DNA of 54,026 nt, from positions 62,001 through 116,026 of IMG/VR virus record IMGVR_UViG_3300009826_000018; one strand, written 5' to 3'. Below are positions 30,101 through 39,262 of this stretch, one piece after another. The stretch is from an uncultured virus (IMG/VR IMGVR_UViG_3300009826_000018). Its lineage: Duplodnaviria > Heunggongvirae > Uroviricota > Caudoviricetes. Position 1 is the first letter of the stretch, and each line of letters begins with the position of its first letter. The notes beneath the pieces were generated by a model. The model was not told the origin of the DNA, ran no database searches, and saw nothing but the letters and a program-made list of their open reading frames with translations. Position numbers and translations under genes: made by a program.

Positions 30101-30581
30101 AGGTATGCCCAAAAAACCAACTGATGAGGACACAATAAAGGAGTTGTTTACAATGGAAGATAAGGAAATTAGATTTTGGATTTCCGTACCCGAAGTTTTA
30201 GAAACTCTTCCTGACAAAGTACCGCCGTTTTTAAATACAAGTGAGTTGAGTGGTGCAATGGGTGATTGGGAAGCAATCAAGAAGGAATATCTTGATAGAC
30301 AGGAAATCTTAAAACAAGATATTATTAAAGCGGAAGTTGATTTATATAACACAATATTGACTTCGGATACTGACGGTGAAGCAGTATTAAACAAACTTAT
30401 TGAGGTTTTCCAATTAAAAGACAATTATTTATATTCAAAAAACTATGACGTTAAAATTGGTAGTGTTGCTGATTTATTCGGAATATCTGATAAATATGCT
30501 CTTGAAACGGTTGATGAAGACGTTGCCGAAAACACATTGGAAAAACCAATAGTAATTAAAGACGAAGATTTTCCATTTTAA
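27165..30581 (+). CDS. polB: Family B DNA polymerase
   Basis: ExoI WDIETTG, ExoII GHNSENFD, ExoIII YLLDD, motif A YDFNSLYP, motif B KIFGNGFFG, motif C GDTDG, KNYA. Confidence 0.95.
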   Translation: MIDNDKINVFLNGRDPQQRISNIECGYNDKSVKVYSRNDKNRVVCHSEDLLPFVWATAAVSRMMFGGDRPKLIEEMKKTGIKCKGLQTKGENGFEPDRMVNGYCVLFQASKPMSYSAFEKFFAKALGWGKRGSLFYGEIEGKRHFLVVNPIEMFLIHTGKRFFKGYDDYDDLLRLTWDIETTGLDPDYHQITQIGIRTNRDYEKIIHVNERTSELKAIEYFLYYVGQLNPDCVAGHNSENFDWHFILTRCKILSVDFDWEEWCRKTKHIPNLNQRIEEICAQHKTLNFNNDWFAAMALLYTGDKIYKKTKQKVLKLGGEMEFYFPTIFPSHTVIDSLHAVRRAQAIDSNFKSGSLKYAAEYAKVKRPNRVYIPGDQIAEIYKDKECHYLLNEENGEWYLQTEVEDNDVDINEYPRKLVSGEYLADRYLLDDLYEGDRVEYTYNSPNFFLCKLLPIIYQKATTMGTSAGWKYMLLAFSYENNIAIPITDRLYPFTGGLSRLWRTGFVKDVVKYDFNSLYPAITLTWDIFPQLDISGVFKALLGHILSEREKYKGLKKDAGKTVGKLKSDNADSDEIRKWEALENKYDKLQLPMKIFGNGFFGSYGAANIFNWGSVPHAEQITCTARMCLRLLIKWMMDRGFQPIVGDTDGVNFTYSQVDKEYTYTEKGLNRNTKEGRESKGIHAYCAEFNDLFMRDKMGLGLDEIVPASIYFSRKNYADLLENGKIKLVGNSIKSKKMPKFIESFIDTNLPLLLKEDGQQFLENYYAYIGKIFNRQIPLRQIASIGKVKISLSQYKEKMEEKNKLGNSKAKQAWYELAIRENLNVLPGDTIYYINTGLKKGTGDVVKTPVYELDNEGKPVMVDRVDKAGNIVYSKRKPTKKNPNPEPVALQDKKISHYDYVLNCVRIDEKILETDIEYYGNEDIFGDDGLKYNIPKYIEQFNKRITGLLTCFHPDIRNQILITNPKDRQYWDKSKTQLVSGMPKKPTDEDTIKELFTMEDKEIRFWISVPEVLETLPDKVPPFLNTSELSGAMGDWEAIKKEYLDRQEILKQDIIKAEVDLYNTILTSDTDGEAVLNKLIEVFQLKDNYLYSKNYDVKIGSVADLFGISDKYALETVDEDVAENTLEKPIVIKDEDFPF

Positions 30582-30592
30582 AATAATTGAAT

Positions 30593-31642
30593 ATGAATAC
30601 ACAACAAAAAATATTTCTTAAAGAATATTTAAGAGACTTTAATCGTTTAATTGGTAATACACAATTATTAAACGAAGAATTACATATAGCAGATGGGGTT
30701 AAAGAACTAACAACTTATATAGAACACCGTTTATCAAAATATAAAAACCCAAAGGGGGATAATTTTAATTTTTCCATAACGAAAAAAGAATATATTTTGT
30801 ATTTACATAGTCTTGGTTATTCCAATAGTGTTTGTGAAAATCTTGCTTTTTTTGAAAATTTACAAATACAGGGGCGTATTAGTAACTATACTCACCCCCA
30901 TTTAATGAGTGGTAAAACGGGGTTCGGGGAACTTAATAAAAACCCTAAAATGAATTTTACAACACCACCAAATGTAAAAAAACATAGAGCAGATATTAAA
31001 ATAGATAACCCAAATATTGCATTATATTTGGGAAAATTACATGGAGAACCATATGCGCCACGATATTATGAGGTTATACAACACGAAGTATCTCATTTAT
31101 ATAACGCGATAAAAAAATTCCACAATAAAAATTATGGGTATTCAAAAAATTTTACCAAATTATCTAATATGTATAACAAAAGTAAAGAGAATCTAAATAA
31201 TTCTAATGATATTGTAAAGTTGTTTGCGGAAATATATTATTATCTTTGTAGAAATGAACAATCTGCTTTTGCTAATGGTTTATATAGACGCTTAATATCT
31301 GAAAAACCAAACTTTGAAACCCCCGAAAATGTAGAAAACTATTTACATAATACTGTACAATATCAACAACTTCTCATATTCAAAGACGTTTTAAGTGATA
31401 TTGATAATTTTGTTGTAGATGAAGAGTGGAATGAAGCAAAAGAATTGTTTTTTGGTCGGTCGGTAAGTAATGAACAAGTCAAAAAAACAATCAAATTATT
31501 TTTATATAGGGAAATACCAAATTTTCAAAAAAAACTATCGGGGATTGTAATGAAATATAAAAAAGATTTACCACAAATTACAAACAGTAAAAACAATTTT
31601 ATAAATTTAATGAATGGCACTCCACATAGCACGGGAAGTTAA
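30593..31642 (+). CDS. HExxH (zincin-like) protein, paralog 1
   Basis: IQHEVSHLY plus downstream EQSAFANGLY. Confidence 0.65.
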   Translation: MNTQQKIFLKEYLRDFNRLIGNTQLLNEELHIADGVKELTTYIEHRLSKYKNPKGDNFNFSITKKEYILYLHSLGYSNSVCENLAFFENLQIQGRISNYTHPHLMSGKTGFGELNKNPKMNFTTPPNVKKHRADIKIDNPNIALYLGKLHGEPYAPRYYEVIQHEVSHLYNAIKKFHNKNYGYSKNFTKLSNMYNKSKENLNNSNDIVKLFAEIYYYLCRNEQSAFANGLYRRLISEKPNFETPENVENYLHNTVQYQQLLIFKDVLSDIDNFVVDEEWNEAKELFFGRSVSNEQVKKTIKLFLYREIPNFQKKLSGIVMKYKKDLPQITNSKNNFINLMNGTPHSTGS

Positions 31643-32537
31643 AACATTAACAGATTATATAGAATATTGTTTAATGGAATACAACAACCCATTTTATGAT
31701 TTTTTTGATTTTTCCATAACAAAAGACGAATATTTATCCTTTTTAGAAGAAATTGGTGAATGTAAATCGTTAGCGTTTTTTGATGTTGTAAAAGTAAGGG
31801 GTGAATTGATAAATTTTGATTCTCTCGATTCAATAGAAAATGCGCGTGTTGGTTATGGGGAAACATATTATATTGTAAGATTAATTGATAAAGTAGAACA
31901 TAAAATTAAGAACACATACGTAGCAGAAACTCACATAATAGACCCTGTTATAGATTTGAATTTGGTTAAGGTGTGTGGTGATCCATACAATAGAAGATAT
32001 GAAGAAATAATACAACATGAAGTGGCACATTTTTATAAAGCAATAAAAAGATACCATAAAAGAGTAAAAAACATAGATACACGTAATTATAGAGAGTTAT
32101 CAAGATTACGTGAAATTGCTTGTAAAAATTGTTATAATGAAAATCTAACTATTAGATTTATTGCTGAAATGTATTATTTTCTTAATAGAGAAGAACAATC
32201 AGCATTTGCTAATGGTTTATATAAACGTTTGGTTATTGAAAATCCAATGGATGTATATGCGTGTATTGCTGATACAAGAGAGTTTAAATATCTAAAAGGG
32301 TTTAAAAGGGTTTTACAAGATATTGACCGTTATATAGAAGATGAAGATTGGTTTGAAGCCAAAAAATTATTTTACGGTGAAACCGTGAGTAGTGCTCACG
32401 CTAAAAAAATGATAAAAACCTTTCTACGTAGAGAAGTACCCAAATTTCAGAAAAAAATATCCGGTGTTATTACAAAATATTTAGAAGAAGAAATAATGAG
32501 GGGATATCATAAAAGAGAATACCGTTTCAGATATTAA
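31614..32537 (+). CDS. HExxH (zincin-like) protein, paralog 2
   Basis: IQHEVAHFY plus EQSAFANGLY; collinear with paralog 1. Confidence 0.65.
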   Translation: MALHIAREVKTLTDYIEYCLMEYNNPFYDFFDFSITKDEYLSFLEEIGECKSLAFFDVVKVRGELINFDSLDSIENARVGYGETYYIVRLIDKVEHKIKNTYVAETHIIDPVIDLNLVKVCGDPYNRRYEEIIQHEVAHFYKAIKRYHKRVKNIDTRNYRELSRLREIACKNCYNENLTIRFIAEMYYFLNREEQSAFANGLYKRLVIENPMDVYACIADTREFKYLKGFKRVLQDIDRYIEDEDWFEAKKLFYGETVSSAHAKKMIKTFLRREVPKFQKKISGVITKYLEEEIMRGYHKREYRFRY

Positions 32538-32585
32538 ACTTTTAAATGTATTTTTACCGTAAATAAAACAAATAAAATTTAACAT

Positions 32586-32909
32586 ATGCCTGAATTTGAT
32601 AAATTACAAGAAGTAAATGCCCTTATGGGTGAAAAACCATTAGTAGAAAATTTCGGAATAAACCTTAACGAAGCGTTGGGTGAAACCCAAGCAGAAGAGG
32701 TAAAAGAAGAAAGAAAGTGTGCTGTATGTGGTAGTACAGATATATACAAATATACCACAAGACCGTTGTGTGCAAAATGCGCTGGTATGGTTGAAAAACC
32801 AAAGCGTGTACCTTATGTGAGAGCAGAAAAGAAACTTGGGCGAAATGATATTTGTTCATGTGGTAGTGGTAAAAAGTTCAAAAAATGTTGTTATGGCAGT
32901 AATATATAA
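32586..32909 (+). CDS. SEC-C motif protein with an additional zinc ribbon
   Basis: C-terminal [24 protein letters not shown]...CAKC. Confidence 0.85.
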   Translation: MPEFDKLQEVNALMGEKPLVENFGINLNEALGETQAEEVKEERKCAVCGSTDIYKYTTRPLCAKCAGMVEKPKRVPYVRAEKKLGRNDICSCGSGKKFKKCCYGSNI

Positions 32910-33453
32910 AACAAAAACCGATGTTGTAGAAGAAATATGGTATGAATCAAGTAATATACATTATACAAAGGTTGATATTAGTAAGTTACGACACAAAATA
33001 TTAAAACTTGCAGAGGGAATTGTTCCCACTCCAACAACAGAAGAAAAAACTGTAATAGATTTTACTGTACCAATACTTGATGTTACAGTAGTATTTAATC
33101 GTGGTGCACAATATATATACAAAGATGTTGAAATACACGATTATCAATCTTTTGTTGAAATTCTAAATAGAGAAGCACCCGACTCACATGGGAAAGCCTT
33201 CAACAGATTTATCAAAACATATCCGTTTGAAAAACTTGACGATGTTGATATTGATGAATTAAAAATCAAACGCTTGAAATATGAAGACGCTGAAAGAATT
33301 TCCAAAATGGAATATGAAGAAAAGGTGGGTGAGTGTTTGAATAATATGATTAACGGTAACGTAACCAATGAATATCTAATTGAAAAATTTGGTGTGGAAG
33401 TCGTAACCGAAGCGTGTGATAAAGAAGCAAGATACCTTGAAAAACTATGTTAG
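32893..33453 (+). CDS. KTSC-domain protein
   Basis: ESSNI...[14 protein letters not shown]...Y..F...[11 protein letters not shown]. Confidence 0.7.
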   Translation: MAVIYKTKTDVVEEIWYESSNIHYTKVDISKLRHKILKLAEGIVPTPTTEEKTVIDFTVPILDVTVVFNRGAQYIYKDVEIHDYQSFVEILNREAPDSHGKAFNRFIKTYPFEKLDDVDIDELKIKRLKYEDAERISKMEYEEKVGECLNNMINGNVTNEYLIEKFGVEVVTEACDKEARYLEKLC

Positions 33454-33454
33454 T

Positions 33455-33685
33455 ATGACAGTAGAATGGACAAGAGCAGCACGTTGTGAAGATTGTTATT
33501 TTTGTGGATATTACCGCCCACGAAGAAAAGACGGTACAACATGTTCTAAGAGAAGACACAAATGCGCACTTAAAAAGATACACGTTACCCTTAAACAACC
33601 GGTTTGTTCTGATTGGCAAATGTCAGATTCGGGTGAACCAAGTTATATTGGACATATTGAAATAGGTGTTTTATTTAGAGAATGA
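33455..33685 (+). CDS. Small Cys-rich hypothetical protein
   Basis: CEDCYFC...C...C...C pattern. Confidence 0.6.
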   Translation: MTVEWTRAARCEDCYFCGYYRPRRKDGTTCSKRRHKCALKKIHVTLKQPVCSDWQMSDSGEPSYIGHIEIGVLFRE

Positions 33686-33686
33686 A

Positions 33687-34460
33687 ATGGAATATACTTG
33701 GAATAACATTTATAATGTTGATTGTTTGATTGGAATGAAGGAATTATCAAACAACTGTGTAGATTTGGTTGTCACTTCACCACCCTATGATGATTTACGA
33801 AATTATAATGGTTATTCATTCAATTTTGAAGAAATTGCTAAAGAATTATTCCGAACACTAAAACAAGGTGGCGTAATGGTGTGGGTTGTCGGCGACAAAA
33901 TCAAAAACGGTAATAAGAGTTTGACAAGTTTTCGACAAGGAATCACGTTTCAAGAAATAGGATTCAACGTTCATGACGTAATGATATACCAAAAGAAAAA
34001 CACCCCATTTATGCGCTCTAATGCTTACACAAATTGTTTTGAATTTATGTTTGTGTTATCAAAAGGAAAACCAAAAACCTTCAACCCACTCAAAACACGT
34101 ACTGTTCGACACGGTGTTGAAAAATTGGTAGCAAATAAAAAAGCAGATGGTGTAAATAATAAGGTCGTTGCTGAATTAAAAAAGGAAAAAACCTTAAACA
34201 ATATATGGGAATATGCCGTTGGATCGGGTGGTTCTACCAAAGATAAAATTGCATTTCAACACACCGCAATTTTCCCCGAAAAACTTGCACAAGACCACAT
34301 ATTATCGTGGTCAAACGTAGGTGATTTGGTTTTTGATCCAATGTGTGGGTCGGGAACCACTTGTAAAATGGCAAAACTTAACAAACGTAATTATTTGGGT
34401 ATGGAAATATCACCTGAATATACGGAATTATCAATAAAACGTGTAAATTTAATAAAATGA
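33687..34460 (+). CDS. N4-cytosine/N6-adenine DNA methyltransferase (beta class)
   Basis: VTSPPY precedes DPMCGSGTT; HTAIFP. Confidence 0.9.
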   Translation: MEYTWNNIYNVDCLIGMKELSNNCVDLVVTSPPYDDLRNYNGYSFNFEEIAKELFRTLKQGGVMVWVVGDKIKNGNKSLTSFRQGITFQEIGFNVHDVMIYQKKNTPFMRSNAYTNCFEFMFVLSKGKPKTFNPLKTRTVRHGVEKLVANKKADGVNNKVVAELKKEKTLNNIWEYAVGSGGSTKDKIAFQHTAIFPEKLAQDHILSWSNVGDLVFDPMCGSGTTCKMAKLNKRNYLGMEISPEYTELSIKRVNLIK

Positions 34461-35155
34461 ACAAAATGAGTAAAATGGAAAGAGTGTTAAATGATATGGA
34501 CTCAAAAATGATTGACAGATTTTTTGAAAAATATGTTAAGGATCGTGGTGTACAACACACAGACATATCATTTATGTCTATGCTTGATATATATTATAAG
34601 GTATATGGGCGCGAACAATTCGGTGAAGTAGAATATTGGGAAGAAAGAAAAGAGAGGTGGTTCAAACATGTTGAAAGTAAACACCAAGACGAACACAAAG
34701 AGTGGGTAGAAGACGAATTAAAAAAATATAATCTTTGGTTAGAATACAATGCAGAACATAATAGTAATTATAGGGTAATTACATGGTATCATTGTATATT
34801 TGATACAATGGGTTTTGATACACTCGAAGAAGCGGAAGCATATATTAAAGAACTCGGTGAAAGAGAATGTCAATCTTTCAGTGTTGGTGGAAATTGGAGG
34901 TTTATGGTTGAATGTATTATTAACAAAAACAATATTATTGTTTCAACAAACCCCGATTGGTCTTATGAAAAACATGTTATACCAACGGAACAAAAAATAC
35001 GTTCAGGGGTTGGTGATATTTACCCATTTGGTACTTATAAGGGTATGAATTGGGTTCCACTTATTTATATGGTGGAAAAACAAATAAAAGTAGATAAGTT
35101 AAAAGAAGAAGGGGGAGAAGAAGATTTTTATGAATTAAAAGAAGAAAATGATTAG
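34457..35155 (+). CDS. Hypothetical protein
   Basis: 232-aa ORF with ATGA overlap. Confidence 0.7.
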   Translation: MNKMSKMERVLNDMDSKMIDRFFEKYVKDRGVQHTDISFMSMLDIYYKVYGREQFGEVEYWEERKERWFKHVESKHQDEHKEWVEDELKKYNLWLEYNAEHNSNYRVITWYHCIFDTMGFDTLEEAEAYIKELGERECQSFSVGGNWRFMVECIINKNNIIVSTNPDWSYEKHVIPTEQKIRSGVGDIYPFGTYKGMNWVPLIYMVEKQIKVDKLKEEGGEEDFYELKEEND

Positions 35156-35756
35156 AAAGTTAGGAAATATTGTTGCACAAAAATCTGATTTGCGTTTAAT
35201 GAATAAAGTCAGTTTTATTCATTACACAGAGGTTATGACGGATATTATAAATGATATTCCAACTCTTATTATTGGTTGGAATAACGTAAAACGACTATAT
35301 CCCGACACCCCATTGTCAATTCTAAAAGAAAAAATTGATAATAAAACATGGTGGTGTTTTAGCCCACAGGAAAAAAACACAAAACATATTGAATGTGTAT
35401 CAGAATTTTATCAAACTATAATTGAAATAATCAAAGAGAAAATACCATATCATTTCATTAATATTTTTGAATTAACACTATCGGAAACAAAAGAAATTAT
35501 ATCCACATTAAATTCTAATACACGTGTGGTATGTTATGTGCATTATAATTTTATGTATGTTTACATTAACAATGAAGTGTTGGGGTTTAATCTTGAAGAT
35601 ATTGAATATTTGGGGATTCCGAAAAATAAAATACTCAAATATTTTTATAATAATACGAATAACAGTATATTTTACAAAGCGGATTTTCTTCAAGAAGAAG
35701 TAATGCAAATAATACAAAACAATTTATACTTAATACCCATTTTTTATGAAGGATAA
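35148..35756 (+). CDS. Hypothetical protein
   Basis: 202-aa ORF (PTLIIGW motif) overlapping neighbours. Confidence 0.7.
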   Translation: MIRKLGNIVAQKSDLRLMNKVSFIHYTEVMTDIINDIPTLIIGWNNVKRLYPDTPLSILKEKIDNKTWWCFSPQEKNTKHIECVSEFYQTIIEIIKEKIPYHFINIFELTLSETKEIISTLNSNTRVVCYVHYNFMYVYINNEVLGFNLEDIEYLGIPKNKILKYFYNNTNNSIFYKADFLQEEVMQIIQNNLYLIPIFYEG

Positions 35757-36576
35757 AAAGATTAATTCTAGTTTAAGATCATTTGGTGGTAAATCAAATA
35801 TGCTTAATAGTCTGTATGAATATTTTCCACCTGCCGACCAATATGGTGGATACGTAGAACCATTTATGGGGTCGTTGGTTGTGGGGTTAAACCTACCACA
35901 CGACAAATGTTCTTTAATAGTTAATGATTTGAATAAAAATATTTATTCATTCTTTAAGGTTGTACAAGATAAAGATATGTTTGCGAAGTTGAAAGCAAAA
36001 CTTGATATTGTTTTTTATTCGGAAGACATTTTTTGGGAGTCTTTGGAATGGATAAAAGAAGTGGGACAAAAGGATGGTTATTCAATTGAAGATAGAGCAT
36101 ACCATTTTTTCATTGTAAATAGAATGTCTTATTCGGGAAACAATCAAAGTTTCGGAAAAAATATGGTTATCAGAAGAGGTGTTTCCAAGTCGGTATCAGA
36201 TACGTTTAGCACAATAGACGGAATGACCGAAACACACCAAAGAATACAACATTTTGTTATATTAAACAGAGACGCTCTCGAAATAATAGATAATTACAAC
36301 AAATCCAATTACTTTTTCTATATGGACCCACCGTATCACCACAGCACACGCACCGCTGCAAGATATCCGGTAGATATGAGTGATGCTCAACAGGAACAAT
36401 TTGTTAATTTAATCGTAAATGGGGATGCAAAATACTTGGTGTCAGGATATAGGTGTGAATTATATGACGATGTTTTCTTATCCAATGGTTGGAAAAGGGT
36501 TGATTTCAACATAAACACAGTCACAGGGCAGAATAAACCCAAAGAAAAAACAGAATCATTATACATGAATTATTAA
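35746..36576 (+). CDS. dam: Dam-family (D12 class) DNA adenine methyltransferase
   Basis: GGKS, YVEPFMGS, VNDLN, YMDPPY. Confidence 0.88.
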   Translation: MKDKKINSSLRSFGGKSNMLNSLYEYFPPADQYGGYVEPFMGSLVVGLNLPHDKCSLIVNDLNKNIYSFFKVVQDKDMFAKLKAKLDIVFYSEDIFWESLEWIKEVGQKDGYSIEDRAYHFFIVNRMSYSGNNQSFGKNMVIRRGVSKSVSDTFSTIDGMTETHQRIQHFVILNRDALEIIDNYNKSNYFFYMDPPYHHSTRTAARYPVDMSDAQQEQFVNLIVNGDAKYLVSGYRCELYDDVFLSNGWKRVDFNINTVTGQNKPKEKTESLYMNY

Positions 36577-36588
36577 AATAGTTATAAT

Positions 36589-37074
36589 ATGTTATCAATA
36601 GTAGTCGCAGTAGATCAAAATCTTGGAATTGGTGTAAAAAACAAATTATTATGCCATTTACCCAATGATTTAAAAAACTTCAAAAACATAACAACAGGTG
36701 GAACAATAATAATGGGTCGAAAAACATACGATTCACTACCAATAAAACCACTACCAAACAGACAAAATATTGTAGTCAGTAGAACAATCGAAAATCTATT
36801 GGGGAGTTCAGTTGTTTCCAATTTACAAGAAATTAAAGATTGGAGATTTCATGAAGAAGAATATTTTGTTATTGGTGGTGCGGAAATTTATCGTGAATTA
36901 TTACCATTTGCGGATAAAATGTATATGACCGTAATCCAACATGTATTTGACGAAGCGGATACATTTTTTCCCGATTTATGTTCAAATGAATGGCGTTTAA
37001 TATCCGGTGAAATGTGTCGTAAAGACGAAAAACACGCATACGATTATAAATTTGAAGTGTGGGAGAGGTGTTAA
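36589..37074 (+). CDS. folA: Dihydrofolate reductase
   Basis: IVVAVD..GIG, LPNDLKNFK, IMGRKT, PLPNRQN, VIGGAEIY, DTFFP. Confidence 0.95.
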   Translation: MLSIVVAVDQNLGIGVKNKLLCHLPNDLKNFKNITTGGTIIMGRKTYDSLPIKPLPNRQNIVVSRTIENLLGSSVVSNLQEIKDWRFHEEEYFVIGGAEIYRELLPFADKMYMTVIQHVFDEADTFFPDLCSNEWRLISGEMCRKDEKHAYDYKFEVWERC

Positions 37075-37259
37075 ATGTTTTGGGTAAACATAATTTGTCT
37101 TCTATAGAGATAAATGATTTTCCAACTCACACCCTTGGTTATGGTAATTTCATAATCGGTAGTAGGGAGTTTGTGGATTCATTAAATATGTTTGCGGAAG
37201 CATGTAATAATAACACAAAAATCGAAAAAATAAGTAAGAAAAATTCTAATAAAAAATAA
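37059..37259 (+). CDS. Small hypothetical protein
   Basis: Fills the gap between folA and thyA; GTG start. Confidence 0.4.
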   Translation: MGEVLNVLGKHNLSSIEINDFPTHTLGYGNFIIGSREFVDSLNMFAEACNNNTKIEKISKKNSNKK

Positions 37260-37264
37260 ATAAA

Positions 37265-38200
37265 ATGGAAAGACAATATTTAGATATTATGCAGGAAATC
37301 CTCGATAAGGGGGATTATAAACCAGCGGCAAGGGAAAACCTACCAGGAACAAAAGAGTTGTTTGTACGCACAATCAGACACAACCTACAAGAAGGTTTTC
37401 CGCTGCTAACAACACGTAAGATTTATTTACGCGGAACATTTGAAGAACTAAAATGGTTTCTAAAAGGTAGTACAAATGTGGGTGAACTTATTCGTGCAAA
37501 CTGTAATTTTTGGAATGAAGATGTTTATAAATTCAATCGAAAATTATATGGGTTACACAATGTACCCGAATATGATACGTGGTTGGAGGAAGTAAAAGGT
37601 GGCGATGATCGTTTTGCGGATGGTGGTACGTTATATGGTTCATTGTGGCGAAATTTCAACGGACAAACCGACCAAATTTGTAACTTAATCAATATGATAT
37701 TGAAAACACCAAACTCACGTTATTCAATAGTATCCGCATGGCATCCAACTGTTATTACGAATGGCGAAAACGCATTACCCGCTTGTCATATGATTTGGCA
37801 AACCAATGTTAGAGAAGGAAAATATTTGGATTTGTATATTGATCAAAGAAGTTGTGATTTTCCTATCGGTGTACCTGTGAATATTGCGTCATACGCATTG
37901 TTAATACACATTTTGTGTTTGTTGTTACCATACGAACCAGGTGAATTGATATGGACAGGAAATAGCGTACATATCTACGAAAATCAATTTGAAACCTGTC
38001 AAGAACAGTTGAGCAGAGAACCAAGAGAATTACCCAAATTGAATATTTTGGTAAATAAAACCATTAAAAATGAGTGGACTTCTTATGAATTAACATGGTT
38101 TTTTAATTCTTTGGAATTTAATAATTTAGAATTATCTAACTATAATCCACATCCGAAGTTGGATTATGTCTTTTCTTCGGGATTAGTAAAAAAGAAATAA
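37265..38200 (+). CDS. thyA: Thymidylate synthase
   Basis: GFPLLTT, EELKWFLKG, SAW, ALPACH, QRSCD...GVPVNIASY, HIYENQ. Confidence 0.95.
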   Translation: MERQYLDIMQEILDKGDYKPAARENLPGTKELFVRTIRHNLQEGFPLLTTRKIYLRGTFEELKWFLKGSTNVGELIRANCNFWNEDVYKFNRKLYGLHNVPEYDTWLEEVKGGDDRFADGGTLYGSLWRNFNGQTDQICNLINMILKTPNSRYSIVSAWHPTVITNGENALPACHMIWQTNVREGKYLDLYIDQRSCDFPIGVPVNIASYALLIHILCLLLPYEPGELIWTGNSVHIYENQFETCQEQLSREPRELPKLNILVNKTIKNEWTSYELTWFFNSLEFNNLELSNYNPHPKLDYVFSSGLVKKK

Positions 38201-38361
38201 TGGTAACAAAATTCTATTGTTTAGATTGTAAAAACATAACCGAAACTGTTCGTTGGATTATGGAACGCGCTGAAAAAGCGGGTATGAAACTCAAATGTAG
38301 AACGTGTGGTAGTACAACGCTTTCGGAGATTGATGAAAAAGGTAAAAAAGTAGTATGTTAA
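38200..38361 (+). CDS. Small zinc-ribbon protein (53 aa, not in the ORF track)
   Basis: MVTKFYCLDCKNITETVRWIMERAEKAGMKLKCRTCGSTTLSEIDEKGKKVVC; TAATG overlap with thyA. Confidence 0.7.
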   Translation: MVTKFYCLDCKNITETVRWIMERAEKAGMKLKCRTCGSTTLSEIDEKGKKVVC

Positions 38362-38618
38362 TACAGATAATTATAACAATTTGTGGGATTTCTTCAATTT
38401 GGTTAGTTGGAAGAAAAGAGAATTGGCGTAAATACGGATATGTGATAGGTTTGGTAGCACAACCATTTTGGTTTATATGGGCATATCAAACAGAATCTTG
38501 GGGGATTTTGATAATGTCAATATTCTACGCATACTCTTGGGCGCAGGGGGTTTATAACCACTTTGAAGAATTTAAAAAACGTATCCACAAAGTTTTCGAC
38601 ATACCTTCGGGTCAATAA
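38355..38618 (+). CDS. Small 3-TM membrane protein, PnuC/SWEET-half-like
   Basis: Three hydrophobic segments; WRKYG...QPFW...WG...G.YN pattern. Confidence 0.55.
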   Translation: MLIQIIITICGISSIWLVGRKENWRKYGYVIGLVAQPFWFIWAYQTESWGILIMSIFYAYSWAQGVYNHFEEFKKRIHKVFDIPSGQ

Positions 38619-38621
38619 TCA

Positions 38622-39212
38622 TCATTTTTTAGACACTGTTTTTAGTGTCGAAGGGGTAAGTACAAATGCTTGTGTATTATTAATCACAAACAATATTTGC
38701 CCCTTTTTATTTTGTACAATTTTACCGGAATATGATTTACCTTCTATTACTAATGATAATTGTTTCGGTGTATCTTCAACAATTTCATAGTTTTCCGCCA
38801 TATATTGTCTTTGTTGTGGTTGTTGGTATTGTGGTTGTGGCGACATACTATTAGCAACTGCTTCTAATATACTTCCCGACCCAGCACCAGCTGCCACGGG
38901 TGGTGTTTTAACAAGGTTGTTGAAATAACTTTCCCCAAGCATACCTCTCAAAACGTCATTATTTACATTTTGTGTACCACCCGGTTGGTGATGTATTCTT
39001 GGTATTTTATGTCCACCCTGTACAGATTCATTAGATAGTTGAACAGGTGGAAGCGGCGCATTACCGGCGGCTACCATACCGACCCCACCTCTATTATTTT
39101 GTTTGGTTTTATCAACGCTTTTATTAAGTACTTCATTGAATAAAGCACTTGGGTTATCTGTTTGAAACAGGTGTTGCATTAAGTTTTCACTTGGTATATT
39201 ATTATCCATCAT
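38622..39212 (-). CDS. Hypothetical protein (late unit)
   Basis: 196-aa ORF with a low-complexity Q/P/G middle, downstream of the WYL-like gene. Confidence 0.7.
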   Translation of the reverse strand: MMDNNIPSENLMQHLFQTDNPSALFNEVLNKSVDKTKQNNRGGVGMVAAGNAPLPPVQLSNESVQGGHKIPRIHHQPGGTQNVNNDVLRGMLGESYFNNLVKTPPVAAGAGSGSILEAVANSMSPQPQYQQPQQRQYMAENYEIVEDTPKQLSLVIEGKSYSGKIVQNKKGQILFVINNTQAFVLTPSTLKTVSKK

Positions 39213-39262
39213 AACATCTTTTTTAATTAATATAATAGTATGAGAATATTATTCAACTGTTA

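Noticed and set aside
20218..30581. Inteins or introns in terL or polB
   Set aside because: Catalytic motifs are in a single frame with no C...HN splice junctions or LAGLIDADG motifs; the insertions are short loops.
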